Shown: positions 36,493-50,559, counted from the first letter of the stretch. The stretch is 56,058 bases of DNA from Octopus sinensis (GCF_006345805.1 NW_021833858.1:1-56058); one strand, 5' to 3'. The notes: generated by a model not told the origin, from the sequence alone. Numbers and translations: made by a program.

Positions 36493-37139
36493 TGTTTTAT
36501 ATTTCCGAAGAAGGGGAAATATTCCTCAGAAGACCAAATTAGGTGCAGAAAGAAATTATGGGAGACTGCTAATCAATTAGTGTATATCAATAGGATGATG
36601 CAAAGTGGATTTCAGATAAATTTTAAAAAGCATGATGTTCACGCACCACTCGAATCATCAGGCATGAACTACTACACACAAGCGTTTGCATACGCACCCA
36701 CACAGACACGCCCATACAGACACACCCACACAGATAGACAGACACACACATACACACACGATAACCTCACACACACGCTGTGCATAGCCCCTCACACATA
36801 TGCACAGGTCCATACACAAACACCACTCACACACAAATACACGAAACGCGCATCGCTCCGCAAAACGCACGCACTAGGTTATTTATACACATGCACACCC
36901 TCCCAAGTGCACATACAGGTCCATCCGATTACGCGCAAATATACACGATAGCCTCACACGCATACACACGCCCCTACGTACGCACACACATGCGCGCGAA
37001 TACACGAAACGCACATCTCTCAACACAACCCTTGTACTAGGTTACTTATAAACTTGTACACACACGCCCTCATTCACACATTCATTGACACATGCACCAT
37101 CAACGCATACGCAAAGGCGCTTTCACGCAATCGTTTTGA

Positions 37140-37345
37140 TCCGGTCATTTCATCATACTGAAACATTATTCCCTACACATTTCCCCCCCCCCCCTTTTTT
37201 CGTTCTCTCTCCATCTTTTTCATCTCATTCCTTTCTGTCGAAGAGCGTAAACTCAAACGGTTAAAGACGTTTCGAGCGTTAAACTAATACACCTGCTTAT
37301 CGTTCCCTCAATTGTTTTCAGGCTTTGTTTTGTGTAAAACTGAAC
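37140..37345 (+). mobile_element. Short Penelope-derived repeat with degenerate hammerhead-like motif (37231-37268)
   Basis: CTTTCTGTCGAAGAGCGTAAACTCAAACGGTTAAAG; homolog on the minus strand at 47905-48090. Confidence 0.5.
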
Positions 37346-37829
37346 CATATGACATGTACACTCATACACACATGCGCAAATACACACACACATGCACACA
37401 AATACACAGATACACAGAGACAAGCATATACAGAGACAAGCATATACAGAGACACACACTTATGTATGTGTATATGTGTATATGCATACATACATAAATA
37501 CATACAGACATATATATATATATATATACACGCAAAATCAGACACACTCACATAAACACACACAAACTCACACACACAAACACATACACACATATTACAA
37601 TAGGTAAAGAGAAAAAGAGTAAGAGGGATGATAAAAGGTCATGATAAAAGAAATTAAAGCAACAGAAAACCGGCTTACACAGTCATTACACAACACATAT
37701 TCCACACGCGCAAATACACATATACAATGTTTATAATTGATAATTTTTACTGTTTTAAATTTAGGCAAATATATCTGTGTATTTATTTATCTGTGTATTT
37801 ATACATGTATATACACATGTTTGTATATA

Positions 37830-37900
<71 letters not shown>

Positions 37901-37928
37901 TATATGTTTGTGTGTATTATATACATAC

Positions 37929-37966
<38 letters not shown>

Positions 37967-37974
37967 ATAGATGC

Positions 37975-38052
<78 letters not shown>

Positions 38053-38955
38053 GTGTGTGTGTGTTGTGTGTGTGTGTATATATAAAGTATGTATATCTGT
38101 AAATGTAAATGTAATAATTCGGTAGCCCTGATAAAACTCCGAGTTTCGGATGCCGAAGTGGAAATCCCACGCTACCATCTCTTCAGTTATCCGGCCATCG
38201 GAAAAAGCTAGGGAAAATGACCGTTATACAAAGGGAAATTACCGTGATTCACCGTTATTAAGAAAAAAGAGCTATTTCAATGAGCGCTAAGTGAGGGAAG
38301 AGAGTGAAATTAAGGGGGTAATTAGTTCATAGTATTCGCGTAAGGGAGTGTACAAAGAGTCAACCATACCCATATGCACGCACACACACACGCCTACATA
38401 CGCACATACCTGCACGCGTCTATATACGCACACACACACACACGCACAAAAAAGATCATACATACGTCTATACACAAGAAAAAACAAGGTTAAGTGCAAA
38501 AATACAGGAAAATGTGTAAAAACACTAAGTAAAACACGTCTATATACGCACATACTCTCATGCATGCACACGCGTACACATCTATATACGCACATACCCG
38601 CACACACGCACATATACACGCGCGCACAAAAGATTCCATATACGCACAGGGAAAAACAGGGTGGCATGTAGAATACAGAAAAATTAAGTGTAACAAATAT
38701 ATCAGCAATAAACCTATAAACCATGTACAAAAAGTATTTAAAAAATATACAAGAAATAGAAGTAAAAAGTATAAAGAGGTAAAAAGCTTGTGCGTGGACA
38801 CAATATAGAAAGCAAGTTCTATGCGTAGTCTCGGGGAACCAAAATGTAACAGATATTTGGCCACATAGGGCATGACGCGAAGAGTTCAGTTTCTTGAATG
38901 CAGACATGTAGCGGGTTCTAAACTACATGTTTGAATATATATATATATATATATG

Positions 38956-39040
<85 letters not shown>

Positions 39041-39699
39041 ATATATATTATATATTAATATATATATATATATATTATATATATATCTATATGTATGTAT
39101 GTATGTGTGGTGTGTTTGTGTGTATATAATCTATGCATGTTTATGAAGGACTTATATGCGTCTGCTAGCATTTCTGCTTAAAAGCAAAAGAAAATGTAAT
39201 GGTAGCATCCCCTCTCTCTACCAAAGCTATAAATTTAACATTGTTCATGCATGTGTGGGTGTGTGTGTGTGTGAGCGAATACTCGCTAATATATAAGTGC
39301 ATATTTATACATACGCACGCACGCACGCACACATAAGACGAAAGATCTGCGTGTGTTTATGAGTGTGTGTATATGTCACCGGCCATCAGCTTAATCCCAC
39401 GTAAAATCGATACGTTTTCATCCGATTTCGTCCATGCTTTGCAGATATATCCCTTATGTTCCACAGAAGTTTCTACACTCTTTAGATTTGTCACTTATGT
39501 AGTAATGGGACATTTAGGTTCAGAAGGTCAGAAAAACCTTCTATTAGTTACTATTGTGGACAAGGGAGGTAACTCTTTGCGAAGTACCGGTCGGAAAGTG
39601 ATTGTCTCCCTTACATCAGAATGTGCGTGTGTGTTGCCTCATTCGACTGAAAAACATGTATGCATGTGTATTTATGTATGTACGTGTACATGGTAGATA

Positions 39700-40400
39700 T
39701 GGGTGGACGTATGTATTTGTGTGTGTGTGTGTGTGACTGATCCTACCCATTTTAAACATACATGACAACACGTCTCTCTCTCTCCCAGTCAATCACTCAG
39801 ACACTCACTAAAAAAGATGCGAAAAATACTAAATAAATAAAAAATTACGCTATCACTCCCTCCCACTCTGTCTCACACACAGTGGCACTTTCTTTCTCTC
39901 TCTTTCTCTCTCTCTTTCCCTCTCCCTCTCTCTCACACATACAACACACACTTTCTGTCTGGCACCCCCATCAACACATGCACATGTCCCTATCAATTTT
40001 CTCTCTCTTTCACTTCACCCTGACATCAAACATACATTTCCACCCACAAAAGTAAATAAATTTTTTAAAAATTACGGATTTTACCGAACGCTTTACCTTA
40101 AAGGCTGTCGGCTCAGATGTTTAGTTTGACATTTTTGCGAGTCATATAGAAATATCGCCCAACTTCGTCCTCAGAAACATCTACACACATACACACACTG
40201 GCGGACATCTTCTTAGACGCAACAAGTCATACTGGAAAAACATTCTTCCTGAATCTTCTTGCGAAGTTGCGGCATAATGGTGACCTTGTTATTGCTGTTG
40301 CCTCCTCATGAATATCCTCGACTCTTCTTGACGGCAGACGAACAGCATACTCTGCCTTCAAATTGCCTTTCAATATAGCACATCAAGAAAACCCAAAGTG
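39700..40400 (+). mobile_element. Helitron derivative with Pif1 helicase N-terminal fragment (40200-40400)
   Basis: IFLDATSHTGKTFFLNLLAKLRHNGDLVIAVASS.ISSTLLDGRRTAYSAFKLPFNIAHQENPKCRI. Confidence 0.8.
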
Positions 40401-40474
40401 CCGCATAATGCATACCTCGGAATATATGTATCTTATGCACACACACACACACATATATATATATTCTCACACAC

Positions 40475-40665
40475 ACAACAGTTGTTTCAATCATTTAGAT
40501 TATGGGCATGCTGGGGCATCACCGTGTAGAATTTTAGTCGAACGAATCGACCGCAAGTCATATACATTTTTAAGCCTGGTTCTGATTTTATTTGGTCTTT
40601 TGCTGAACTCTTAAGATACAGGAACGTAAACAACAACACCTGTCGTTAGCAGTAGTTGGAAGAAA
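40475..40665 (-). mobile_element. SINE family A 3' portion
   Basis: Reverse complement of the SINE A 3' half (CCCCAGCATGCCC..ATGATTGAAACAAC). Confidence 0.65.
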
Positions 40666-40689
40666 TAGACACAGACAAACTCAGATATG

Positions 40690-40730
<41 letters not shown>

Positions 40731-40883
40731 TGCCAACCAAGTTTGGTGTCCTATACGGGACAGTTCTAGTGACGTTTATAGCCCTAGGAAGACATCCCTT
40801 CCAGCTGCCTAACGACACACATTGTGTGTCCGATTAGTATTTGCGAGGAGAGGTCATCGCGCCCTTCCCTAGCTTTACGTGAT

Positions 40884-40930
40884 ACACATGAACTCGAGTT
40901 TCTGGGTGGTTTCCCGTCCTCAACGTGTGT
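40884..40930 (-). ncRNA. Type I hammerhead-like motif with palindromic stem III
   Basis: Minus strand: ACACACG-UUGAGGA-cGGG(aaacca)CCCa-GAAA-CUCGAG-UU-CAUGUGU. Confidence 0.5.
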
Positions 40931-41084
40931 TAGTCACGAGCTAATGATGAATATATTTCTTATGATTATACAATCAAACACAGGAGGGGAGGGGGCATTA
41001 CAGAACAAACACACAAAAATGATATCTGAGTTCGGATGGGTACATTTACAAATTACATTCATTATTTTTTGTTTTTGACACCAT

Positions 41085-42895
41085 TTTTTCCTTAAATTAA
41101 AAAATGGCATTGGGCGGATTCACCCGACAGCTTGTAAGGCCCAGCGACTATCTATCTTCCTTTCATCGATGATTAATCTGAGTTACTCGCACCCAACTTT
41201 CTCATCACATCCTTCCGTCTCTGCTCATATACCCTATGCGACAGGGTTTTCCTCTCCAGCCCCATCTTGCTCTTCAGATGGTATCTCAAGTAATTTAGCA
41301 AATCGGGGCCAGAGATGAAGGATCTTGTCGCGACACCTTCCATTCTTGTTCTCCATACGCACTCGTTCAGTACTGCAACCATACAGAGAAAACATACCTC
41401 ACCTTCCTTTGAGAGTCCTGCTGTTGGTACCATCTTTATTATTGACCCAGCCGATAGCCGTACTCTTCCCAGATGTGACAACACGTGTTCCACGAAAACC
41501 ATCAAGCTTGACAGCTCCCGACATTGTACAAAAGCGTGCTGGACGGTTTCGTCGCCCAGCACACATCTTGGACAAGTCGGTGGCACTGAAACTCCGTGCC
41601 TGGATAACATTTCGCGAACAGGTACAGCATTCCTGTAGCACTGCCAGGCTAAGGATATTTAGTAATTATCCAAATACCTCGGTCTAACAGTCCTACTAAA
41701 CAGGTTGGCGAGTTGGTTCTCTTCGAACCCCAGAGTCCCTCCCAGAGTCATCGTTTCTAAACTCCACCAGCCCTCTATAGAACACCGAGACGGTATTCCC
41801 GCTGCCGGCTTTGCCCACCTTGTGGATAAGCTTGAGTGCCTATCGGCACTCTGTTTGCCAATCAGTCAGGTTTCGTCTTTTTATGAAACCATGGCATAAA
41901 TCTTACCATTGTGGTCGGTCGCGGGAAGAACGGCTCCACACCTTATCACCTTCCAGATGGCGCCAGAGATGTCTCAGCCTCAACGCATGTCAGCACATCA
42001 ATAACCAAGACATCCCTAACCCATGCTTTAACGGTTCTAGGCAGCAAACGGAGCGCCTCACAAGTGGCTTTCCTCCCTTCCACAAAAAGTGGAAAAGGAG
42101 TCGTTCCAACTTGCTTATCCACGAATTGGGGCAAGGGACAACGGTCAGGTGGTAGGTAATTACAGATGCAATAAGAACCTGCATAACCTCCGATCTTCCT
42201 TTCAAGGACAGAGGTCTTCCGGGCCAAGTTCGGATTAGTACCTCCACCTTGTTTGCCACCTCGCTCCAATTCTTCTCCATCTGGGAATCCGGACCAAACC
42301 AAACTCCAAGCAACTGAACAGGACCATCGGTTCAGTGCCCCACGACACTGGCCTATATCGTCTTGCTCCTCCAGGTGCAGAGCGCAAGGCGATCGACTTG
42401 TCCTTGTTAACTTTTGCTCCTGCCACCGTCTCGTATCCTCTGATAGCATCTTCTACACGAGGTAGCTGTGCTTCTTTGGAAACGATGAAGGCGACGTTGT
42501 CCGCAGAAACAGAAACAGACTTACCGCCTCCGATTTCATCAGCATTACCTCCCAACATCTCCAACTTCCGCAGCAATAGCTCAAGAGCCAACATATACAG
42601 AAGCTTAGACAAGGGATACCCTTGACGAACTGAGCACTTGATCGAAAACGGCTGCGTCAGGTAACGGTTTATCTGGACTGTGGACTTGATGCCGCTGTAC
42701 ATAGCGGATATCCATCCGCGGAAGACTGGGCCCAGCCCAGCCGCTTCGAGGACCACCGCCAGGTACTGATGGTCGACCCTATCAAATACTTTACTTTGGT
42801 CTAAATGGACTATTGCGCCACCTTTGCCGGCTAATTAACCCAGCCTGTCTAAGGTGTAGCCGATAAGGTGAAGATTGTTCTGGATCGAAACAGGG
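41085..42895 (-). mobile_element. 5'-truncated Tx1/L1-like ORF2 (RT plus C-terminal CCHC)
   Basis: HLDQSKVFDRVDHQYL, SVRQGYPLS..LYMLALE, SADNVAF, LGVWFGPD, CPRC..ETVQHAFVQC; frameshifts; A-rich 3' end near 41085. Confidence 0.9.
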
Positions 42896-43352
42896 ACAGA
42901 AAAACGGACGATGCCACACGAATATAAAATACAAAAATAATAATGGTAAAAACATGACAAAAACAGCGAGTGTCTTACGACTAATAGACAGTACAACTTA
43001 GTTTAGCTGGCGTATTTGGAAAAAAATGCCTTTTTCGGCAGACGAAGGCAACGATCTTCTCATGGCGCTGGTTAGAAGCCGAAAGGCTGGTTGACCAGCG
43101 GTCACGTGAGAGGAGAATAGAGAGAGAAGAAAGGGGGCAAAGGAATCAAAGAAAGAAAGAAAAAGAGGAACGAAGGCAATAAAGGGGGGAGAGAGAGAGA
43201 AAGAAGGAATTAAAGAGGGGAGAAGAAAGAGAGCGTGGCAAGGATTGGCTTGGCGACAGAATCAGTGAGTGCAAAATGAGAAAGACAGAGAAATGTGGGA
43301 GAGTGGGGGAAGAGTAGACCAAAGAATCAGAGGCAAGAAAAGAGAAAAGGAG

Positions 43353-43395
<43 letters not shown>

Positions 43396-45379
43396 CAGAT
43401 CAAAGTAGAGTGCAAAGTGTGAAAGGCAGAGAAATGTAGGAGAGAGAGACAGTGTTATAGAGTCGTACCAGATTTAAAGGAATATGTACTTACATAAGGC
43501 CAAAGAGGGGACGCCGCTATATAAATTATATGTAGAAAAATACAAACTGGGACAAGAACGTAAAACATTTAGAAGACGATACAAAAAACACGGACGGGAC
43601 ATTCGAAGCCTTCAATCTTCAGTCAAGAACCGGATCATCCTAGCAATTTCGGTTGATTAATCTTGAGATCGCTCCGATCCGGCCAGCCCCAAGGAAAAAC
43701 TAAGCTATATATATATATATATATATATAATATATGTGTGTGTGTGTTGTGTGTGTGTGTGTGGTGTGTGTGTGTGTTGTGTGTGTGTGTGTGTTGTGTG
43801 TGTGTGTGTGTGTGTGTTTGTGTGTCGGTGGGTCTGTTTATACGTACTGACAACTACAAACAGGCAATTTTATCTGCAGTGCAGAGAAATAATCTTAACA
43901 GCTAAATTTTCATTTGTTTTGTAAATTCATATACATACTCATACTCACAAGGCTAAAAAAATTCGAATAAAATAAAATAACCTGGACCAGATTATCAGTA
44001 GGAACAACAATAACAGCAAAAAGGACAGCACCTTCAGACGTGGCAGAATCTGTGGAAGCAGTAGCACCAACTACATGGACATGAAATCCGTTAGCAGTAG
44101 GAACCAATATGGCGGAAATTATTGACAATAAAAATAATCAATATTCCGGCGATATACTCATCCTAATATATCCTTCTACCGCTGCTCATCCATCTCTTAC
44201 ACTCCCAATCATATACTCACAAAAGAAATCGTGTCCCTATCTAGTCAAAGGTAGAGTCTTTCGAAAATCATGAGATGAGGAGAAGTGGGCAAGAAAGGAA
44301 GCATTGAAAAATTTAAAAACTAAAATAAAAAAGTCGAAGTCAAAGAAAATACAGAGCAATATCTTCTTTACATCGGACCTAAGAAACACAAAATCTAAAA
44401 CAACAAACACATCATCACGACGATCTCCTCCACTAATATAAAGAATGTACACCAAAGAAACAAGAACAACACACTTGGCATTGACGAGCTGACAAAGGCT
44501 CATATACTGCAACAGAACGATATGAACTAAACTAAATGCACAAAACCACACTAACAAAATATTGCACCCACATCCATCTTTGTTCTAGTTAGAAGGAAAA
44601 ATAAAGAGCTGTTCTCCTGTATGACATAACGATGAAACATAGAAATAGAAGGTGAGGCTTTCAAAGAAACACAGTTTGTATAACGGAGGAGATGAAACTG
44701 GTTATGCTACCAATAAAATGTTGCCAAGTTGAGAGTTTTGCACATGATGTTGGTAACCCAATTGTTACGGCCTTGAATATGCTACTTCAGAATGTTCCCA
44801 AGCAACACCATAAAAGAGAAAGGTTTCTGATACATTCAAGCGCCAATAGGAAAATATTTAGGTGACACTGTTTCTTCTCCCCATCTTTCTAGCAAAAGTG
44901 GTAGCCTTAAGAACATGAGGTATAAATGAGCGTGGTTTATGGTGGTGCCATTAGACTGGTTGCTACAAATACTATGACTGGGGTGAGGCAGACAGATTTC
45001 TTTAGGTGCTTGGAGGTATTCCTTGAAACATCCCGTTCTTTAGTGCATAGAAGCTATTGAGATGTCGTCTTACCTTTGATGCCTAGATTGGGTGAAACCA
45101 GCTGGCAAGTGAGGGTAGTGTACGCTAGTTAATATGGGTAATATAGGTGGTCCACAATGCAAACTTATATAGACCACATATTTGTGACGTTTATGTTCGG
45201 CTTACATAGGCAATATAGACTATGTTTCTTTTGAATTTTTCCCGTTTCTTTATCAATATAACGTACTTTTCAATCCCGAATTTCATTCCTACTTCGTTTG
45301 AGAATATGTGAACAGTATGTACAAAAATTATCTACTGCTTTTTATTTTATATAGCTTTATCATCCATGAATATAGGATT

Positions 45380-46330
45380 TATCTGACCATGCTCTTTTCC
45401 CAAATCATGTTATTTTGATTTTTCGTAATATCAAACTCAGCGGCATTATGGCCAATGCAAATAAACTTACACCTCGGAATGTTCACTTTCCAAAGTTATG
45501 TTTTCTTCCAGTCAAATCAGTATTGAAGTATTTCTTACTCTCATTGACTTTTTTCTCTATGCTTTCTGTCACACCAAACATTCATTTTTTTTACTTATCC
45601 AACTATACGGTATTATGTCATACTTTTTTTTAATAATCTAACCATGCTACATTCAATCCAATCAGTATGCGTTTGAAATTTCTAATTACTATTGTATCAA
45701 CTCACAACTTGTCTTTGGTTACCTTGCCTTGCATCCTTCACCAACTCTCTTCCACTGGAAGTAAATTGTTGCTTTCCAAATGATGAAACAAATTTTCTGC
45801 CAAGACACCGGTCATAAGTCTCCATATTAATGGTAAACAGTTTATAGGTCGCAAATTTGACACCAATTCTCCTTTCAGGGGTCCTTTAAGTCATAACATT
45901 CGTCCACTTGAAATCTATCTAGATGCGTGTTCCCGCTGCAAGCATTCCTGATGGTGTTCTGCGACCCTTTCGTGCAACAATGTAAAGTTCTTTAGTCAAT
46001 AACTTTGTCCTCTATACAGGTCAGGTTCTTTCCAATTTGGTATTTATTTCATCTTCAGTCTCAGTGAGTACATATCAGTTCTGACGTCCATTTGCTTCGG
46101 TAGGTACAGACACAAGTTGTCTCTTCCCCTGTGTTAACTACTCTGCACATTCGTTATGTCTCACTGGTCTGTTCCAAAGTTCTCCCCAAAATGCTTTACT
46201 TTCTTTCACATCAGGAATCACTTCCTGATGTTCCCAGACTATTTCTTCAAAATGCCGTTGTCTGTTCGATTTAAACAATCTATTCTATTCAAAGCCTTTT
46301 CATTTAGCATCGTTCGACTATCTCTTCAGT
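45380..46330 (-). mobile_element. Decayed RLE-type LINE RT fragment
   Basis: NLRPINCLPLIWRLMTG and W.NWK.P-like motifs on the minus strand. Confidence 0.7.
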
Positions 46331-46344
46331 TTGACCTTTAACAG

Positions 46345-46559
46345 CTGGTAGAATCGTTAGCACGCTGGATAAACTGGTTAGCGGCATTTCGTTCGTTTTT
46401 ATGTTCTGAATTCAAATTCCGCCGAGGTCAACTTTGCCTTTCGTAATTTCGGAGTGGATAAAATGTGTACCAGTTGATCACTACGGTCGATGTAATCGAC
46501 TTACTCTCTCTCTCTCTCTCTCTCCTCTCTCTCTTCTCTCCTCCTCTTCCTCAGCTCTC

Positions 46560-46590
<31 letters not shown>

Positions 46591-47820
46591 TTCTCTTTCT
46601 CTCTCCGTCCCTCTCTTCCTCTCTCTCTCTCCGCCCCTCTCTTCCTCTCTCTCGAACCTGCTGATTTTGTGCCAAAATTTGAAACCATCTACTACTACTA
46701 GTACCTATGTCATCATTATTATTGATAACAATTTTATTATCATTAATTTCATCACTACAATTACCATTGCTATCACTATCACTACTGTTATCATTATTTT
46801 CATTGTATTTATCAAGACTTCCGGTATAGATGGTGGGGGTCAAAACTGGATGAACGCATAACAGGCGAGTTTTCAACGTTGATGTGGGAAAGAAAACAAA
46901 ATAAAAATGTATTTAGGATTATAATGTTGATCAGATAAAGGAAATATTGAAAAGTGTAAATAATGACTTGCAAAAAAATCCCTACTGGCTGACAAATGTC
47001 TTGTGTTAATAGAAGAAAAAATATTTTTATTAAGACTGCGAGCAGGCAGAATCATTAGCACACCAGGAATAATGCTCTGTGTTCCATTTTCCCTTTCATT
47101 CTTTCGGGTCGATAAAATAATGCCAGTCGAGTACAGGTGTCGATGTAATCGACTTTTCCATTCCCTGAAATTGCTGGCATTGTACCAATACTTGTAATCG
47201 TTATTTTTATGGCGATGGGCTGGCTATATCGTTAGCATGCCGGACGAAATATTTTGCAGTATTTCGTCAGTCTCTATGTTCTTAGTTCAAATTCCGCCGG
47301 TGTCGACTTTGCCTTACATTTTTCCGGGGTCGATGAAATAAGTACCAGTTGAGCAATGGGCTTGATGTAATCAACTAGACCTCTCCCCGCGAACTTCCGG
47401 CCTTGTGTTTAAAGTAAAAATGATTACTGTTATTACTATTAGCTGAGAAGGCGGCGAGCTGGCAGAAACGTGGTATTTCGTCCGCCGCTGCGTTCTGAGT
47501 TCAAATTCCGCCGAGTTCGACTTTGCCTTTCATCCTTTCGGAGTCGATTAAATAAGTACCAGTTACGCACTGGAGTCGATATAATCGACTTAATCCGTTT
47601 GTCTATCCTTGTTTGTCCTCTCTGCGTTTAGTCCTTTGAGGGTAGTAAAGAAATAGGTATTTAGTCTGTTAGTACGATCTGAGTTCAAATTCCACCGAGG
47701 TCGACTTTGCCTTTTATCCTTTCGGGTTCGATAAATTAAGTACCAGTTGTGTAATGCAATCAATCTAATCCACTGGCCCCCTCCCCCAATTTCAAGCCTT
47801 GTGCCTATAGTAGAAAGGAT
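46345..47820 (+). mobile_element. Cluster of at least five SINE family B copies, interrupted by the composite block (46650-47070)
   Basis: Repeated TTCAAATTCCGCCGAGGTCGACTTTGCCTTT heads at about 46410, 47285, 47500 and 47685, plus a partial at 47090-47160. Confidence 0.85.
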
Positions 47821-47846
47821 TACTATTAGCTAGCGCGCGCGCGTGC

Positions 47847-47877
<31 letters not shown>

Positions 47878-47904
47878 CGCGCGTGCATATATATATATAT
47901 ATAT

Positions 47905-48090
47905 AGTTGAAATTTATAGAAAAACAAAAGACGAAGACAGGTATATGAATAACAAACAAGTGTAATAGTTTGACCTTCGGGAAAATGAAAAAGTATTTAC
48001 GTTTCGAGCCTACACTCTTCAGCAGAAAAGAATAAGAAAAAAATAAACAAAGAGAGAATAAAAAAATTGTAGATTTAGTAGTCCTGCATG
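47905..48090 (-). mobile_element. Short Penelope-derived repeat with hammerhead-like motif (47994-48031)
   Basis: Minus strand: UCUUUU-CUGCUGA-a-GAG(uguagg)CUC-GAAACGUA; same family as 37140-37345. Confidence 0.55.
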
Positions 48091-48810
48091 GAGAGAGAGA
48101 GAGAGAGGGGGAAGGGAGAGAAAGCGAAAGAGAAAGAGAGAGAGATACAGATTAAAATAGAAGGGAAAAGGAAAACCGTTTTTCAAGAATGGGCGTAAGT
48201 GAAGGCAGGGTATTGTAATCTCGTCTTTTTCTGTTTTACTGCGCGTTTCAAGATTACTGGAAAACGGCTAAACGGATTTTCACCAAATTTGCTAGAGATA
48301 ACTCATTGGGTGAGTGGCTCGAAATGATGAAAATTTGGTTTGCTTATCTTCAAATAGACATGAATACGTACATAAATATGCCACTGTGTTTGTGCGTGCA
48401 TGCGTGCGTGTGCGTGTACAGCGATGGATTCGAGGGTTTTGTTTATTTACGAGTTGATATCCTCGTTTAACCGGAATATAAATGCCTTAAAAAAAAGAAA
48501 AGGAGAAAAAAGGATTTTTTAAAAATCGAATCGAACTTACAAATTTCCCGATAAGCAAATGGTCATATTGTTTATATCCTACAACGAACTACAATGCGAT
48601 TGATTTACCTGCCATCATTGAAAGACATTGCTGTGCAACATTTTCTATAAGTATTTCATTTTATTCACTTTCATTTTCATATGAATCGACACTCGTCTGC
48701 GTGTGTATAGATCATGGTGCACCTACGCGCGTAGACACGTGTGTGTACGTATACATAGATACATAATACATACATACATACATACATACATACATACATA
48801 CATACATAAA

Positions 48811-49181
48811 TATTGGGTCATCCCATAAATAATGCGGGTTTTTAATACTTCTTTTATTTTTCCAAATCACGATAAACAAAGTTCTTTGTTACTCTAAAAT
48901 ATATTTCATTTTCTACAATGCTCTATGTGGTAGATTTGCAAGGCCTCTCTTCTAAATTCCCCTTGTCCGTGATGAAAAATGCTCCTCCAGTACTGTTCTG
49001 ACCACATCTACAGAATTCCTATTTTTTCAGTCCAAGTGATTTTGATGATTGCGGAATAAATGACCAGAAAATATGGTGGCTGGGGCATCGTTTCCCATTG
49101 AAACTGCTCCAGGCGTTGGAATCTCATCCTCGCTGTATGTGGCCGAGCATTATGTGGCCGAGCACTATGTGGCCGAACACT
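48811..49181 (-). mobile_element. Mariner 3' fragment with terminal inverted repeat
   Basis: TA-TTGGGTCATCCCATAAATAATGCG terminus; minus strand encodes ARPHTAR..QWETMPQPPY (DNARPH / WE.LPHPPYSP-like). Confidence 0.75.
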
Positions 49182-49529
49182 AAGAATAAGTAAAAGGTAA
49201 AATTATTGCCTGCTTTCATAGCAAGTTGATACAGGTAGTTTTCCCGTCCTCCGACTACAATTGAAAAAACTGAATTACTTAAGGAATGACCCAATACATA
49301 CATAGATATACGACTCTGTGTGTCTAGTTATGCATTCGAGTTTTTCATTAATTTAAGAGCTGCTTACTTAATGTCACCGTACTTAGGTCTCTAATCTTCT
49401 CACAAAGTGTAATTTAGTTCAATCATAATGCATGGGTAAGCAAAGCGTTGTAAGTCACAATTTAATTTGCGAAAACATTGATCTGCGTGCAGGGTATGCA
49501 TCGCCCCTCCGATGCCTGTTTCTTTTAAT

Positions 49530-50010
49530 TTAGATATAATTTACACTGAAGATTTTTAGTTCTTAAATTTCTTTGGTGTATTTTGGGTGACTGTTTAAAA
49601 GAAGGAATCAAAATTGTGTTCGAAGTAGTTGTGTAATTTTCGTTTTCTACTTTTTATTTATTTATTTTTTTTTTGTACGGCTTATTTTAGACAGATATTT
49701 GATATGGTGACATGCTCGATGATACACTGTGGATGTAATATTTAAATTTGATTTTTCACGTGTTAAGATCGCTGGTGTTGTTGGTGGTGGTGGTGATGGT
49801 AATAATGCTGCGAACTTTTTATATTGTTATGTATTTCGTACGATATAAACGTTTTCCATGTTCTGTTTTTCTGTTGTTTATTTATATATCTAATTTTATT
49901 TCTTTGTTTAGTTGTTTAACGATGACATTTATTTCGGTTCTATGTGGTTTGATGAAATGTGTTTTTGGTTGACCCAGATTTGTTACGAATTTGTTTATTT
50001 CTTATTTATT
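49530..50010 (-). repeat. Decayed LINE-like segment, direct repeat of 52985-53440
   Basis: Shared TGGTGTATTTTGGGTGACTGTT..AAGGAATCAAAAT..TTCCATGTTCTGTTTTTCT..GGTTTGATGA in the same orientation. Confidence 0.75.
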
Positions 50011-50019
50011 TTTCGATGT

Positions 50020-50330
50020 TGTATTGCATAAACAATCACTAGAAGGTAGTAGTCCGGTTCCAGGACGACAGTGCTTCTCTTGAGATTCAGATCTCTCCGG
50101 ATCAACACCGCCGTTCCACCCCACATGGCCATTTGATATGGAAATTAAATATATTCCATGTCCATCGAAAATGGACATGAATGATTGTTTGTCGGAGAAT
50201 CTGGCTTTACTGAAAGCCACAACCCCGACACTGAGGTCGTTGAGTAGAATTCAGGTTTATATTAGAGTGTTCCACTATTATTCATTGTTTTTAAACGTGT
50301 GAATACCAGGTGGTTCTGTTGTAACTTTGA
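50020..50330 (-). mobile_element. Tx1-like APE endonuclease fragment
   Basis: LLNDLSVGVVAFSKARF and GGTAVLIRRDLNLK..LVIVYA. Confidence 0.55.
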
Positions 50331-50559
50331 TGCATGCGTCTGGGCAGCCATTCCTGTGAGTGGCATTATAAACAGTCTTTGCAGCTAGTCATACCACAGG
50401 GCATGCAGATCTCGTAGACAATTGGGCCAACTGCTGATGATACTGGTGATATCTTCTGCAGAGCTCACATTTCTATTACAACGTAAAAGTTTGGTGATAT
50501 CATTGTCTCTTTGTTTATCAGGATTTAATAACTATCTTCCTGTTCCTTGATAGCGAAGC

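Noticed and set aside
38905-38930. ACATGTAG/CTACATGT hairpin as a Helitron 3' end for 38100-38930
   Set aside because: No CTRR terminus follows; the element remains unclassified.
43585-43640. CTGAAGA..CGAATGTC on the minus strand as a hammerhead
   Set aside because: GAAA is absent and I could not build convincing stems; the surrounding 43440-43705 is probably an unclassified repeat.
44600-45240. Possible LINE 3' end or other repeat
   Set aside because: Only faint motif echoes and no second copy in the window; cannot be supported.
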